Part shown: piece after piece, positions 50,206 through 64,000 of the stretch
Layout of the letters: the number at the start of each line of letters is the position of its first letter
Numbering within the stretch: the stretch's first letter is position 1
Source of the DNA: Mytilus trossulus
Lineage: Eukaryota
NCBI RefSeq assembly: GCF_036588685.1
Contig: NC_086382.1
Span: 62,001-126,000, forward strand
Direction: 5' to 3'
Length of the DNA: 64,000 nucleotides
Notes under the pieces: model-generated
Seen by the model: the letters and a program-made list of their open reading frames with translations, nothing else
What the model was told of the DNA's origin: nothing
Database searches by the model: none
Program-made: the position numbers and the translations under genes

Positions 50206-51600
50206 AACAAGAGGCTCTCAAGAGCCTGAATCGCTCACCTTAATTATTTTGGTTAAATCTCTCATCAATGATTATTTTGGCTTTTTAATTTATTTAAATG
50301 TTTTTTGAATCGTCCTATTTTCTTCAAAATCCAAAAAAAATAATCATTTTCTCCTATGTTTTATTTTAGCCATAGGAGCTATGTTTCTTGACATACAAGG
50401 AAATAAAATATAAAATTTATACTAGATACTCTGAAACTCATTTAGCCTAATTTTGGCTGAAATTGATACAGCAGTTTCAAAGGAGAAGATTTTTTAAAGT
50501 AAGTCAACATGATGAACAAATTGTGAAAAAGTCTTTAAAGGGCAATAACTCCTTAAGGGGTCAATTGACAATTTTGGTCAAATTGACTTAATTGAAGATC
50601 TTACTTTGCTGAACATTATTGCTGTTTACAGTTTATTTCTATCTATAATTTTATTCAAGATAATAAACAAAAACAGCAAAATTTCCTTAAAATTATCAAT
50701 TCAGGGGCAGCAACCCAACAACAGGTTGTCTGATTCATCTGAAAATTTCAGGGCAGATAGATCTTGACCTGATAAACAATATTACTCCGTGTCAGATTTG
50801 CTCTAAATGCTTTGGTTTTTGAGTTATAAGCCAAAAACTGCATTTGACCCCTATGTTCTATTTTTAGCAATGGCGACCATGTTTGTTGATAGATCATAAC
50901 TTCGGATACAATTTACAAACTAGATACCCTAAGGAACATTCAGTTAAAGTTTGGAAGTATTTGGCCCAGTAGTTTCAGAGGAGAAGATTTTTGTAAAAGA
51001 TTACTAAGATTTACGAAAAATGGTTAAAAATTGACTATAAAGGGCAATAACTCCTAAAGGGATCAACTGACCATTTCCGTCATGTTGACTTATTTGTAAA
51101 TCTTACTTTGCTGAACATTATTGCTGTTTACAGTTTATCTCTATCTATAATAATATTCAAGATAATAACCAAAAACAGCAAAATTTCCTTAAAATTACCA
51201 ATTCAGGGGCAGCAACCCAACAACGGGTTGTCTGATTCATCTGAAAATTTCAGGGCAGATAGATCTTGACCTGATAAACAATATTACACCATGTCAGATT
51301 TGCTCTAAATGCTTTGGTTTTTGAGTTATAAGCCAAAAACTGCATTTGACCCCCATGTTCTATTTTTAGCAATGGCGACCATGTTTGTTGAAAGATCAAA
51401 ACTTCGGATACAATTTATAAATTAGATACCCTAAGGAACATTCAGTTAAAGTTTGAAAGTATTTGGCCCAGTAGTTTCAGAGGAGAAGGTTCTTGAAATA
51501 GTTTACGACGACAGACGACGACGGACGACAGACGACGGACGACGACGGACGCCAAGTGATGGCATAAGCTCACTTGTCCCTTCGGGACAGGTGAGCTAAA
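50206..51600 (-). mobile_element. Helentron/HINE element (same family as 17411-19176)
   Basis: Terminal hairpins agctcacttgtccc-ttc-gggacaggtgagct and aggctct-ca-agagcct, (gac)n microsatellite and internal ~500-bp duplication. Confidence 0.8.
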
Positions 51601-51649
51601 AAGTAGCCAGAATGAACTCATAAGTATTATAATTGCTAACTTTTTTTTC

Positions 51650-52490
51650 AGAACAACTTATACAGGACATTTTAAGTGCTAAGTTTTACACCATAATGGC
51701 TGATAAAGTAACGTCGCACAACCAAGAATTCATGCCTTTGTGGATAAGATTTGTAGACAAGGAGAACAACATCAGAGAAGAATTTTTGGAGTTCTGAACC
51801 ATAAAGAGAATAACTGGTCGAAAGTTGGCAGATAAACTTTTGGATTGTTTGAACCAGTAAGGAGATTCCTCTGAATGATATGCGGGGTAAATGTTATGAC
51901 TGACCGACCAACATGTCAAGTGACCGCTGTGAACTACAGAGATGTATACGTGAACAAGCACCTTTAGCGCCATACACCAGATGCAACAGCCATGCCCTTA
52001 ATCTGGTTAACCAGGTATTCCTGCATGCAAACAAACAGATGTAGCCCATACTCTTACAAAAATGAAAGAAGTCTGTATGTTCTACAAATACAGCCCGAAA
52101 CGTCAAGGACTACTGGAAAGTATCATTGAACAATCCGTGTCGTCAACAAACAAGAGAAAGCCTCTATTAGATCTTTGCAAGACACGATGGGCAGAAAAAC
52201 CTTGCGCGTATTCCCATTTCTATGACTCTTATGTGTTTGTAATAGTCTTTAGAATTCATGTATTAGGCCTACATAAAGACAAATATGATCTTTACTTGTA
52301 TGATGAACCCTGGGATAACAACACCAAGCATGATGCGGTTTTTCTTTTGAACACAATAACAGAATTAGGCTTTATCATTTTGTTCATGACCATCTACCAG
52401 GGTCTTTCTGCATTAGCTGGGATAAGTGTCGGACTTAAGCGCAATGCCTTGGGTGTATATGACGCATTTTCCAAAGTAAAACTGTAAAAT
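51650..52490 (+). pseudogene. hAT transposase relic (ZMYM1/THAP12-like)
   Basis: FYTIMADKVT…IRFVDKENNIREEFLEF…RGKCYD*PTNMS…YTRCNSHALNL (CxxH)…SPKRQGLL…LCKTRW. Confidence 0.85.
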
Positions 52491-55169
52491 CATTACATTG
52501 CAACCAAATAATAACAGTAACTTTCAAAAAACGGGAATTGCATCAAAACAGAAACCACAGTACATAATTATGGTCAATACACACATGAACAACAACATTT
52601 TTTCTTCTGAACTAGTATCTTTGGCAAACACAGCTGTCCAGTGCAGAGGGCTAGACAATAATACATCTACGTCGTTTACACAAAACTCATTATAACAAAA
52701 TATCATAATCTTCTGGCAATAAAACGAATTATCCAGCATTGAAATATATCGAAGCTCATTCTCCCTTCAAGGAGATACAATTAGTCCCACTTTGTTTAAT
52801 ATATCCATAAATGATATCATTGATATATTCAAGAGCTATACTTGTAATCTTCTTAAAGCAATGGACTCTGAAGTCTTCGCAGACAATATAATTATCCTAT
52901 TAAAAAAACAAATAAGGTTTTCAAGAGTGTATACGTTATTTTTTCGAAATATTGTGAAAGTTGACATTGTCAGTAAATGATAAAAAGACTAAGACTACAT
53001 GTATGATATTTCAGAAAAAGAACACGAAGGAAGAAAAGCCATTTATAGAATATATTTTGTTTTGTCACAAGCTGTATTAAATATGATTTTATTATGACTA
53101 TACAATTGATTTATAGATTATTATCACCACATACAATGTTCCATCCTCTTGTTCGGCTGTGCTTTTGTGTCTTTTTCCTCTCGGATATGTCGTTTGTCTA
53201 TTTGCCGATTAATGTGTTGATTGTAAATTGTTCGTTTTAAACATTCAGGTTGATTTGGTGAAGTCGTCGTACAATTCCCTGCGAACAAATATAGACGGGC
53301 GATTCGGTGTATGGTTTTCTCGAGCCACCCGGATTGCTGAACGAGTGAGTATTTCTGACATAATGATACGAGAACAGCAAATTTGGCAGTTATGTTCACA
53401 TTGAGCATTATGATTATTTCAATTCTAATTTAACTTGTATGCATAGGTACGTGGCATTAATAAAAAAGAAAAGACACAATAAAAACTACGTGTTCACAGA
53501 CATTTGAGTTTCAATGACATCTGTAAATTATTATTCTTAAACTGTAGTAGTTTTTTTAAGTCAATAATATAATAGTTACGATGTTTACATAATATGTGTA
53601 AAATAAAACTTTTAGAAGTTATTTAAATGTTTTGTATGCTTATGTATGTCATAAGTTATATTAGTATTTTTTCTATTTTTTCTTGTTAAAAGTGCATTTT
53701 ATGAGAAAAAAAATGAGTGTTTAAAAGGGGCCAAAAACAGTACTAACAAACATTTGACATCATGCCATTATAACATGCTTGTTGATTAAAATATGATTTT
53801 TCTTTGTTTAAGAAATTGACCTCATCAGCATGGATATATTTTGCATGTTAGTGATTGTTTTGGTATTTGCGATTATATGTATAATGGAGAGCAGGTTCAA
53901 ACTCGATTTAGAGACGCTCATATCTTCAGATAAAGTGCCGTTTTAAATTGAGAGCAAGGTATTTGTAGAACATGAAAAAACCCACGTGTAGCAAATTTTG
54001 CCAAATCATCATGACTAACTATATAATTTAAAGTCTTAAAATTTAACCCAACAGTGTTAGAATAAGATACATGTATTATAAGTCTAAAGTTAAGACAAAC
54101 AAACAAGGGTGTTGGAAGAGAAACCTAATTTTATATGTGTGTTCATGCAAAAAAAAAATCTTTCGTTGGTGCATGTTGTTTGAGCATATGCATGATGTGC
54201 ATGTAAGTTTAAAATGAGAATCTTGATTAATTTATCATGTTTTGATTTTTTTTAACCATGTAATGACATTTTTAAATTTCAGCGATATATAGTGTATTTC
54301 TTATTATTTTATTATGCAAAATAGTTGACATATACAATGATATATATTGAAGTTCTTACTCATAAGCCAAAGACATATTGATAAAGCCATTGGAAAAACC
54401 AAGACAATGTTTCTCCAAAAGTTAACCCACCAAATACTTGAAATACATTAAATAATGATTTAAGAATCATCATAGAAAGTACAGGTCAACTTTGTTAAAA
54501 AAAATGTGATGAAATTTTACTTACCATGCTTACCTGCAAAACCAAGGGTATTCACTTGTAAACTTATAAGGGTAATGTCCTAATTTAAAAAAAAGTAAAT
54601 TCATTGTGATCTTTAAAAATTATAGTAAATTAATTTTAATGGTGTTGCCCTTCTAAAACTTAAAGTTAATACGTATTGATACTAATATATCTTCTTGTAG
54701 CAACAGAGGACAACAGCAATTGTGATATTCGAATTATTCACAGAAAACTGAAACCAGGAACTTTAAAAAAAATATATGAATTTAGAGAAAGAAAGAAATT
54801 GCTAAATCAAGGATTTAAAAATGTCCAAAAGAAGGGTCATGAATAAGTTAAGGCAATCAGCTGTTAAACTTGAAAAGGAACAAATATATGAACCACTGGA
54901 CCCGCTATTCTTGATTAGTAAAAAGGGTTAAACAATAATCACATCCTATAGATATGGGAAACTAAAAAGCCAATTCATGGAGGGATTGCCATAAACAGAA
55001 GACTTACAATACGGCAAGAAGAGGAAATAGCTAGCAATGCCAGTGTTCCAGAAGGATGCTGCTAAAGAGTTTCTTACACCAGGAAAAGACAACTTTAGTT
55101 TTGGTGTAGGGAGCGGCAGGACACTGGCAGAGCAACAAAAAAGCCAATTGGACAACCGCCAAAACTCAT

Positions 55170-55697
55170 AAATCCATGGACAAAAAACAATATCGGGATA
55201 AAAAAAACTAAAACCGAGGGAAACGCATTAAATATAAGAGAACATCGACACAACACCAAAACGCAACACACACAGAAACGGACAGAGCATCAGACAAAAT
55301 ACCACGAGAAAACCAAATATAACATCAAAACCAAATACATGAATTTGGGATAGACAAGTACCGTGCCACGTCTAAAAAATAAGAGAAAACTAACGACACA
55401 ACGTTAAAATGCAACACACACAGAAACGAATAGATAATATAACAATGGCAATTTTCCTGACTTGGTACAGGACATTTTTAAAGGGGGAATAAAAATGGTG
55501 GGTTGAATCTGGTTTTGTGGCATGCCAAACCTCGCACTTTAATGGCAAAGTTAAATATAATAATATGAAATGTCAACATAATATTACAGGACTACAATAC
55601 AAATAAATAGGAGAACATATTAGACAAAGAAAAACATGATTAATAGATAACAAAAAGCATCAGGTTTAAAATTCAATACGCCAAAAACGCGCCTCGT
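55170..55697 (-). repeat. Penelope pLTR-like dispersed repeat ending in a truncated hammerhead
   Basis: aaaccgagggaaacgcattaaatataag… also at about 30563-30780 and 56855-57030; ends in aatacgccaaaaacgcgcctcgt (decayed HHR stems I/III). Confidence 0.6.
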
Positions 55698-56600
55698 AAA
55701 TGAGGTGATTAAATATTGTAGTCCAGTAACTATTAAATGCTACACAAAATTATATAACCTTATTCTTGATTCAGGGTATTCCCCTGAAACATGGCGTTAT
55801 TCTCTATTAGTGCCAATATTTAAGTCGGGAGATTCAAAAGACCCAAATAACTACAGAGGAATATCTTTTATAAAATGGTATTGCCAAAATATTTAGTTCA
55901 ATTTTAAATAACAAAATAACTAAATATATGAAGAACAGATTTAGCCAGGAACAATTTGGAATTCTTCCAAAATAAAGAACTACAGATAACCTATTGTATT
56001 TAAAACTTTGATTAATAAATATTTAAATATAAATTTAAAAAACCATTATATTTTTGTTTTGTTGACTTACGTAAAGAAATTGACTCCATTTGGAGAACAG
56101 CTTTATTAATATATAAAATTTTGTCTCAGGGTATTGGCAGTAAAATGTATCAAGTCATAAAGAATATGTATTTAACCACAAAATCTTCAATTAAGATTAA
56201 TGATAAACTCACTAACTGGTTTGAAGTAACTAGAGGGGTAAAACAAGGTGAATCTTTAAATCCCACCCTATTCATTATCTTCATTAATGATCTACCTCAA
56301 TTTTTTAAACAGGATGACTGTGATCCCTTGAAAATAAAACAGACAAATATCGGAAGCCTCCTATTTGCTGATGATATTTTGATAATGTCCGAGACTTACG
56401 AAGGTCTTCAGTCAAGTTTGAACCATTTGGCACAATACTGTGATAAATGGCAGTTAACTGTAAATTGTAAAAAAAACTAAAACTATGATTTTAAGCGCAA
56501 GTAACAATAGGAAAATCTTAACCATTCTTTTAATTATAATGATGACAAATTAGAGCAAATGGAAAAGTTTAAATTTCTTGGTAATATCATTAGTCAGAAT
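55698..56600 (+). pseudogene. LINE reverse transcriptase fragment
   Basis: LLVPIFKSGDSKDPNNYRGI…FVDLRK…RGVKQGESLNPTLFIIFINDL…LLFADDILI…KFLG; frameshifted. Confidence 0.92.
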
Positions 56601-57899
56601 CACTGGTGTAAAGCTGATGACCGTAACGTCATCCCAAGATGTCGGATGAAAAATTAGGTCAGTTTCTGTATTGTCTATTAAAGTTTTTATATATTATTTT
56701 CTTTACATTGATTGACAGTTGGTTGCTTAACGTCCAGTGGCAAATATTTCATGCATATTCAGGACGAGAACAAGTTTACAATACATACTGTAACAAAATG
56801 GGGGTTCCTTGAAATGGAACTTGTTTTCCCTAAAATTGTGTGATGATGTTGTTAAATAAAGGCAACAGTAGTATACCGCTGTTCAAAGCTCATAAAATCA
56901 TGGACAAAAAACAAAATCGGGGTAACAAACTAAAACCGAGGGAAACGCATTAAATATAAGAGGAGAACAACGACACAACACCGAAACGCAACACACACAG
57001 AAACGGACCAAGCAACGGACAAAACATCCGATTTTATACCGAAACTCAAGTAAATCGTGTATATATAGCGTTCTGTTTACAGTATACATTTTTCCATCCG
57101 ATTTTGAATAGATTCGAACAAGTGCTTTTTGCTTGATAATTGAACAAATATCAAATCAAGTATCATAAAACTAAAACGGAATATTTTTTTTCTGGATAAA
57201 ACATTTTCCTTCGTTTATTTATTTTGAGTTATTGAGTATTTTGTTAAAAAAAGGGGAGTTTGTTTTTTTATATATTCCGCCGTATCTCAGAAACAATTTA
57301 TGATTATTGCTTAAAACTTTACACACTTCTTAAATATATTAATCTAAAGACCTTATCTTTATTTGGTGATGATTCAAAGTTTTATTTTAGAGTTATTGAG
57401 TTTTTTGTAATAAAAAGGTGGTTTTTTTTTCACATGTCGCGCCGAATGTCCGAAACTTTTTATGATTATTGCATAATAATTCACCATAAGACGACGGGCG
57501 TATTGTGCGCTTATAACACAGCTGTTTATTTTTTTATGTTTTGAAAAGTAATGATTCATTTTAACTAGGAGTTGTTACAGTGAGCGATAAAAAATGCTTT
57601 CGTCTTGAAAAATATGCACGTCACTCGCACTGATGTCTTTTCTTACTTCTCAAATAACATTAAAATGAGATATTGCCGTATACAAGACAGCAACCCGACG
57701 ACAAAATATCCAAAAAAAGAAAATTATCAGCGTAAATAGGAATTATTTCCAATGGACAAACTATTAGCCTACTGTAATATTATATTTAATTCACTAGTTA
57801 TTTATTAACGGCAAAATGACCTATAAAGGCCAACATACAGGTTTAAAAAAAATGTGTCTGTACAATATGTGAAGTTGCCGGCATTTTATTCATTATAAA

Positions 57900-58290
57900 T
57901 TGTGTTTTAGCTGAATGGACGGGCGTAGACATTATGTTTAAGCTTAATGGACGGGCGTAGACATTGTGTTTTAGCTGAATGGACGGGCGTAGCCATTGTG
58001 TTAGGGCTGAATGGACGGGCGTAGACATTGTGTTTTAGCTGAATGGACGAGCGTAGACATTGTGTTTTAGCTGAATGAACAGGCGTAGACATTGTGTTTT
58101 AGCTGAATGGACGGGCGTAGACATTATGTTTTAGCTGAATGGACGGGCGTAGACATTGTGTTTTAGCTGAATGGACGGGCGTAGAAATTATGATTTAGCT
58201 GAATGGACGGGCGTAGACATTGTGTTTTAGCTGAATGGACGGGCGTAGACATTATGTTTTAGCTGAATGGACTGGCGTAGACATTGTGTT
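57900..58290 (+). repeat. 32-bp tandem array (ACATTGTGTTTTAGCTGAATGGACGGGCGTAG)n, about 12 copies
   Basis: Direct periodicity. Confidence 0.95.
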
Positions 58291-58419
58291 GTAAGGCTGT
58301 CGCTTCCTTTATCTTTATACGCAGTGGATCAAAAATGAGAAAGTTATCGTTTACATGAGGCACCGACTTCTGTATGTAATTGAAAAATATCTATTTTACT
58401 CCCAATAAACTGTTTGTCC

Positions 58420-58866
58420 AAAACCGCTCTGTCAAAATATCGCACTATCCTTTTGCATGTTCAATGGACCGTGAAATTTGGTAATAATCTAATTTGGCAT
58501 TAAAATAAGAAAGATTATACTATAGGGAACATATGTACTAAGTTTCAAGTTGATTGGACTTCAATTTCATCAAAAACTACCTTGACCAAAAACTTTAACC
58601 TGAAACTTCCACTTTCATTTTCTATGTTCAGTGGACCGTGAAATTGAAGTCAAAAGTCTAATTTGGCTTTAAAATTAGAAAGATCATATCATAAGCAACA
58701 AGTGTACTAAGTTTCAAGTTGATTGGACTTCAGCTTCATAAAAAATTACCTTGACCAAAAACTTTAACCTGAACGAACGGACGCACAGACGAACGAACGC
58801 ACAGACGAACGGAGCCACAGACCAGAAAACATAACGCCCCTCTACTCTCGTAGGTGGGGCATAAAA
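58420..58866 (-). mobile_element. Helentron/HINE-type repeat with ~165-bp internal duplication
   Basis: Terminal hairpin gcccctctac…gtaggtggggc, (gaac/gac) microsatellite and a duplicated aagtttcaagttgattggacttca block. Confidence 0.6.
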
Positions 58867-60651
58867 ACGATATTTATTATGACTAACATGTCACAATATA
58901 TTAAAATTTTGTTGTTGAAAAATTACCATAATAATTGTATAGCCAACACCAATTTATTATTTTTCCTTTGATTTGTTTTGTCATTGATCAATAATTGATC
59001 TAAAACAAGCCATCAGCTTTTAAATATTTCCATGATACAGTTTTCATAAATATAAAGAATAAAAATATCTTAATTTAACTCCAATTCCCTCAATATTATT
59101 TTTTTAGTAGGGCGAACAGACTGAACATGTTACTGTCATTTTAACACTATACATCCTTCAACAATGAGTTAATCCATACTGTATAGTAAGATCTAAATAA
59201 CCCAAAAATAACAAATGTAAAGCATTCCAAACAGAAAACTATTAAACGGTCTGATTTATATCCATTTTTTTTTATATAAAAAAACAAATGTCGGTATGAT
59301 ATATATACATGATACATGTACAACATTTAGTTAGTACATGTACATATATACATAACAAAGGACAACCACATGCACTGAATTATATGTATGACAATGAAAG
59401 ACTTGGATTACATGAAACTTTCAGAAATCTTCAATACCTTGGTAACTACATGTATGTCATGTTGCCTTTGCATTGTGAAACTATTTTTCTTAATATGTCA
59501 GAGTGAGCAACAGTCAGCAACTGAAATTATACATACATTGTTTTTACTGTATTTTTGTTTGTTATATATTTACTTTTTTTCTATTCCTAATTAAGTCAAT
59601 ATATATACAAAACTGTGTTTTGAGAAAAGGTATGAAGGTTAAAATTGAGAATGGAAATGGGAAATATGTGTCAAAGAGACAACAGCCCAACCATAGACAC
59701 ATGATAGAACAGACAGGTCACCAGTAGGTCTTCAATGCAGTGAGAAATTCCCGCATCCAGAGGTGTTCTTCAAATGGCCACTCAACAAATATATACAATA
59801 CACAATACTACATGTAGTTCAGTGATAATGAAAGCCATACTAAACTCCATATTCTATATTTTTGTTGTTGTTTAGCTTGATTTAATATTTATTATTAAAA
59901 CTGTTTTTAAGGTACCTTCTACTAGTCATCCAGTGTCGTTTAAAGTTAATAGAGCAGAAATTGAAACCATGAAGAAAGTGATACACTGTATATATAAAAG
60001 GTAATTAACAAATAGAAAATATGTTTTTTTTTAAATATTCTTATATCAGACAACTTACAATTGACTTAGTTGATAGAGAACTGTTAGTAGATTGTGCCAC
60101 TTTTGTTCTCTTGTTCATATTTTTGATGCCTTTTTTCAACTGGACTAGTACTGATCCTTTGATTTCTATACACACATTGTAAAAGTACATTAGATTACAA
60201 CTAGGCTGAAAAAGTTCAATTTCATTGATATGAAACTTTGACCAATATATGTAGCAGCATTTGTAACTCTATATCATATATGTATAAGGTGAATCAATGT
60301 GCTTGTAACTTTGAATAGAGTCTCATGAAATGGTGAAACTCACTATATCCTGGTACACAGGTTTGTCAATAAATGAAAACTTAAAATTAGCAGAACTTAT
60401 AATACTTATACATATATTCATGATATTACAACAACACTTTTAAGAGTCATTTTTTTTTTTAAAACTTGGATCAGATAAATATAGAAAAATATATTTACTA
60501 TTTATCAAATCTAATCATAACTGCTGACTGTCTACTTTCACTTTTTCCTCTCCCAAAGCAATTTAACAAAATTTAACGGTTTCAAGTTTCAATGTTACAT
60601 GCTTGTTGAGTAAACAGGTGTTTATAAGTATGACATTTGATTTCTATTAAT

Positions 60652-61590
60652 TAGGTCTTTCCACCTTTCCGTGGAAAGACCTATTGAATTTGTTCTGATT
60701 ATTATTATTATTTTTTTTTTTTTTTTTTTTCTTCCGCCTAATTTTTTTTCTTGCGTATTATTGATGTTTCAAAAGATGTCGCTTAGATATTTGGAATATG
60801 GTATCGTATAGTTTATACGCTTTAAAAATTTACAACTGCGTAACAAAATACTATACGTTGTAAGAGTTATCTCCCCAAACACTGTTTTTCTTGTGGCCAC
60901 TACTCCTTCTCAACCGTTAAAGATTATGACAAATTTATTTTACCAAATTGCTCGTTACATCTTCAGGATTAGGATATTCATTTGGACCGAAGCTTTACGG
61001 AGACTCCATATGAGAGTTATTCCCCTTTTTCATTTAAATTAAGTGATACGCATTTTTAAATGGTAAACCATAAGTCATAGAGACCAAGGGTCTTTAGATT
61101 TTAGGTCCTTAGTAAAAAAAAAATTAGGTCAAGGTCAAAGGTCAAGGTCAAATTCTAAATTTTGATTTTGGCTTATTTTCACTAATTTTCATTAACTTTA
61201 TAAGATTTCGAATTATTTTTTTTACTAAATTGTTAGTTGCGACATGTCGTAACTTATGAATTTTGATTGGAAGGGTGCGTAGACAATAAATTGGAGTTTT
61301 TGACCCTCATATATTTAGAATTATGCGTAAAGTGATATTACTCATGAACCATACATAATACAGACCTAGGGTCTCTTGATTTGGGATCCTTGGTTTATGA
61401 CCTTGAAATTGAGGTCAAGGTCATAGGTTAATTGGACGTTCTAGATTTTGACCTTTGCTCGAAATTCATATTTGCATATCATAAAGCCATGGCAACTGAC
61501 ATTTTCAACTGAATCTTAATATTTTCATATCAAAATAGATCCTTATTGGTTGAAAGACCTTCAATTGTTCTTTGAACAATTGGTTTTTAA
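60652..61590 (+). mobile_element. Helentron/HINE-type repeat
   Basis: 5' hairpin aggtctttccac…gtggaaagacct, (att)n/poly-T, subterminal gaaagacct and 3' hairpin caattgttc-ttt-gaacaattg before a T-run. Confidence 0.65.
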
Positions 61591-64000
61591 TTTTATTCTT
61601 ACAATTTTTTTAAACATGATCATACATTGTCATACATGTATCATTATTATAATACTTTCATTTCTGTTATGTAGACTTTCTAGAGTAACTACATATTGAG
61701 TTACATAACAGACATAGAGCTATCACAGTCATAATGTCTTGGAAGCAGCATTTTATAAGATATCAATAAGACAGTAGACATACTACATTGTACCCTTTTG
61801 GATGAATTATAGCCTGAAGAAGTTTTGATCTAACATTAAGGACTGGGCCATACAATTTTTGCCATAATCATTCAAGTGGTTTGTTTAGAAGGGACTGAAT
61901 TGGCTTGTGTGTGTCTGCATCTTTAAACATGTTAAAGGAAAAGACTTGATTGACTATTTGTAAAAACCAAAATCTTATAGAATTATAAAGAAAATAATGC
62001 TAACTGATTTTTGTATTGTCTGTGAAAATAGAGCTATATAACTATATGGAAGACTTAAAGATTTACTTATTACTATCTGGCTGCAACAATGTAAACTATT
62101 TGTATTTTAGAGGGGATAAGACATGGATGCTTCAAACCTTTTATGCAGATGCCTTATGCTAAGAATTTTCCTTCTGTCAGGCGTCCCTTTTCCTTTACAA
62201 CATTTTCATGTTTCAACAAAACCATAAATATTTACCTACCAGTTTGATCTGCTCTTGTTCTCATTTTCATGATTCATCGGTCAATGTTAAGTTTTGTGTT
62301 TTGGTATGTTTTTCAATTCTCATAAGCAAAACAAGATAAAACTACTTTAGTGTACTGAAGTGAGCAATTGTAAGGTGTCTGTCTGACCTTGACCGCAATG
62401 GCTCATTGTCATGGATCTTTAACAAATGTCCAGTTGATGAGATACATGTGTATTCTGATCCTATAGAGCAACCAATTAGTTGTCCTTTTTAGAAACAGTA
62501 TTGAGCTTTATCTTGAACCATTACTACTATATTGATAGGGTTCAAACTCCCCTTTTATTGTCCAAATTTTACATTGAATTCACATTAAAAGATTAAAGAA
62601 TAAGTTCATTTTTTTTATGATTTAAAGGCTATTCCTTGCACCAACGTAACAAAACAGCTTTCAGTGATTAAATATAAAGCTTAAGGGGGCTCGCGGGTCT
62701 TAATCATTTTTTTTTAATCTAATATATGATTTCTCTATATTTTTGTATAAATGAACTTTATCTAATACATTGTACTTAATAGAAAAATGAAATATATAAA
62801 AATGGGGTCACCTTTCATTTACGCTCACAATCTGCCTTCGATTTTGATCTTGCACGGCAACGAAAATCTTTGTTTTGTTCACATAATATTGATGTGTACT
62901 TCAATCTAAACATGACTCCTGTTTTAAGAAATGGTTTGGTCGTAGGTTGATGATAAGATATGTCTCATTATTTTCCCAAAACAAGAAAGATTACGAAAAA
63001 CATGTCAAATAAGTTGGCCCTCGTCTCATCCGATTATATTCTATATGCATTGCAACTCTTTTTCTGATAGAAGGCCACTGTGTGTGTGTAATAAATATAA
63101 TTGGCATTAAAATCTTACATACATATGTTATTTTTCAAAATTTGATCACGAAAGAAGCGTTGTTGAGGTGTTTAGCTGACCACATAAATCCTTATGTACG
63201 GTGCATAGTTAAGTTGTTGTACACCGTACACAAAAACTTTTATTTTCATACTCGTCTATAACCCAAAAAGTTTCAAGGAATGAGTAATCACAGGTAGCTT
63301 TATGATTGGCAACTTTTACTCTTGCCCTGTATTAGGTTTCGTTCAGATAAAACATGTAAATGTCTCAACAAACTGTATCGAAACTGAAAATTAGTGTTGC
63401 CATTCACAACTATTTGCACATAAACTTGTTAATTGTTCTCATTATAATATCACAGTTGTTTTATGAATAGGAAAAGTCGATGCGAAAATTATTTGGGAGC
63501 AGGAATGTCAAATGTTGAGAAATATACATTAAATATTGATAAAACAAAACAAAGATTTTCGTTACCGTGTAAGTTCAAAATCGATCATGCCCGCTTGGTT
63601 AGTACCTATATCCGCTGTGCTGATGATACACGGTTTTTAGTTTAAACAGTATTTATTAATGAAAAATGTCAAGACAAATATTACAATGTTACTAAGTTCA
63701 AATATGGGATTCGGAAACAAGTTTGGAAAAAAAAAATATAAAAATATAAACTACAAATAAAATAAAGGAAAAAAATAAAAAGTGAGGAAAAAAAACAACA
63801 ACAAAAAAAACAACAAAAAACAGTCAACTCTTATTTAATTTTCTAGACAGTCATTGGAACCAACACACACGTCCGACCACAATCAATTACAACGGACAAT
63901 CCACTCGATTTTACATCATATTTAAAAAAAAAATCTAAATATAAAATTTATATACATATACTAAATTAACTTTCAAAACGTTTTGTTTTATTTATGTTTT

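Noticed and set aside
57900-58290. CRISPR array
   Set aside because: Contiguous tandem units without unique spacers, in a eukaryotic context with no cas genes.

Overview
AT-rich, repeat-dense animal genomic DNA. The repeat repertoire (minimal type I hammerhead ribozyme repeats, Helentron/HINE-type elements, Penelope-like RT, bivalve-type SINEs) suggests a bivalve, most likely a Mytilus mussel; this is an inference. No intact host gene is evident, and most short ORFs in the track are repeat artefacts. The main object is a ~21 kb minus-strand unit (about 22.4-43.4 kb) that the ORF track breaks into pieces. It contains a gene of about 35 exons which, spliced by hand, encodes a long low-complexity N-terminus built from serially duplicated phase-1 mini-exons, then SIM-like and PIP-box-like motifs, two C2H2 zinc fingers, a core-binding-like region and a tyrosine recombinase catalytic domain. 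A co-oriented SGNH/GDSL hydrolase gene follows. Both genes are preceded by a similar GGCGC-S-AWATTYAAA (E2F/CHR-like) motif. This copy is decayed, with stops, frameshifts and the expected catalytic Tyr codon reading TAA. It looks like a large intron-rich tyrosine-recombinase (Crypton-like) mobile element; its termini were not found. Nested in its introns are a 2.9 kb Transib/RAG-like element with RSS-heptamer ends (CACAGTG, 5-bp TSD), a TA-TSD MITE and a tRNA-like direct-repeat element in a (TA)n tract. The flanks hold an IS3EU-like element with minisatellite TIRs, LINE, Penelope, hAT and RecQ (Academ-like) relics, Helitron/Helentron elements and satellites. All exon models and translations are manual.
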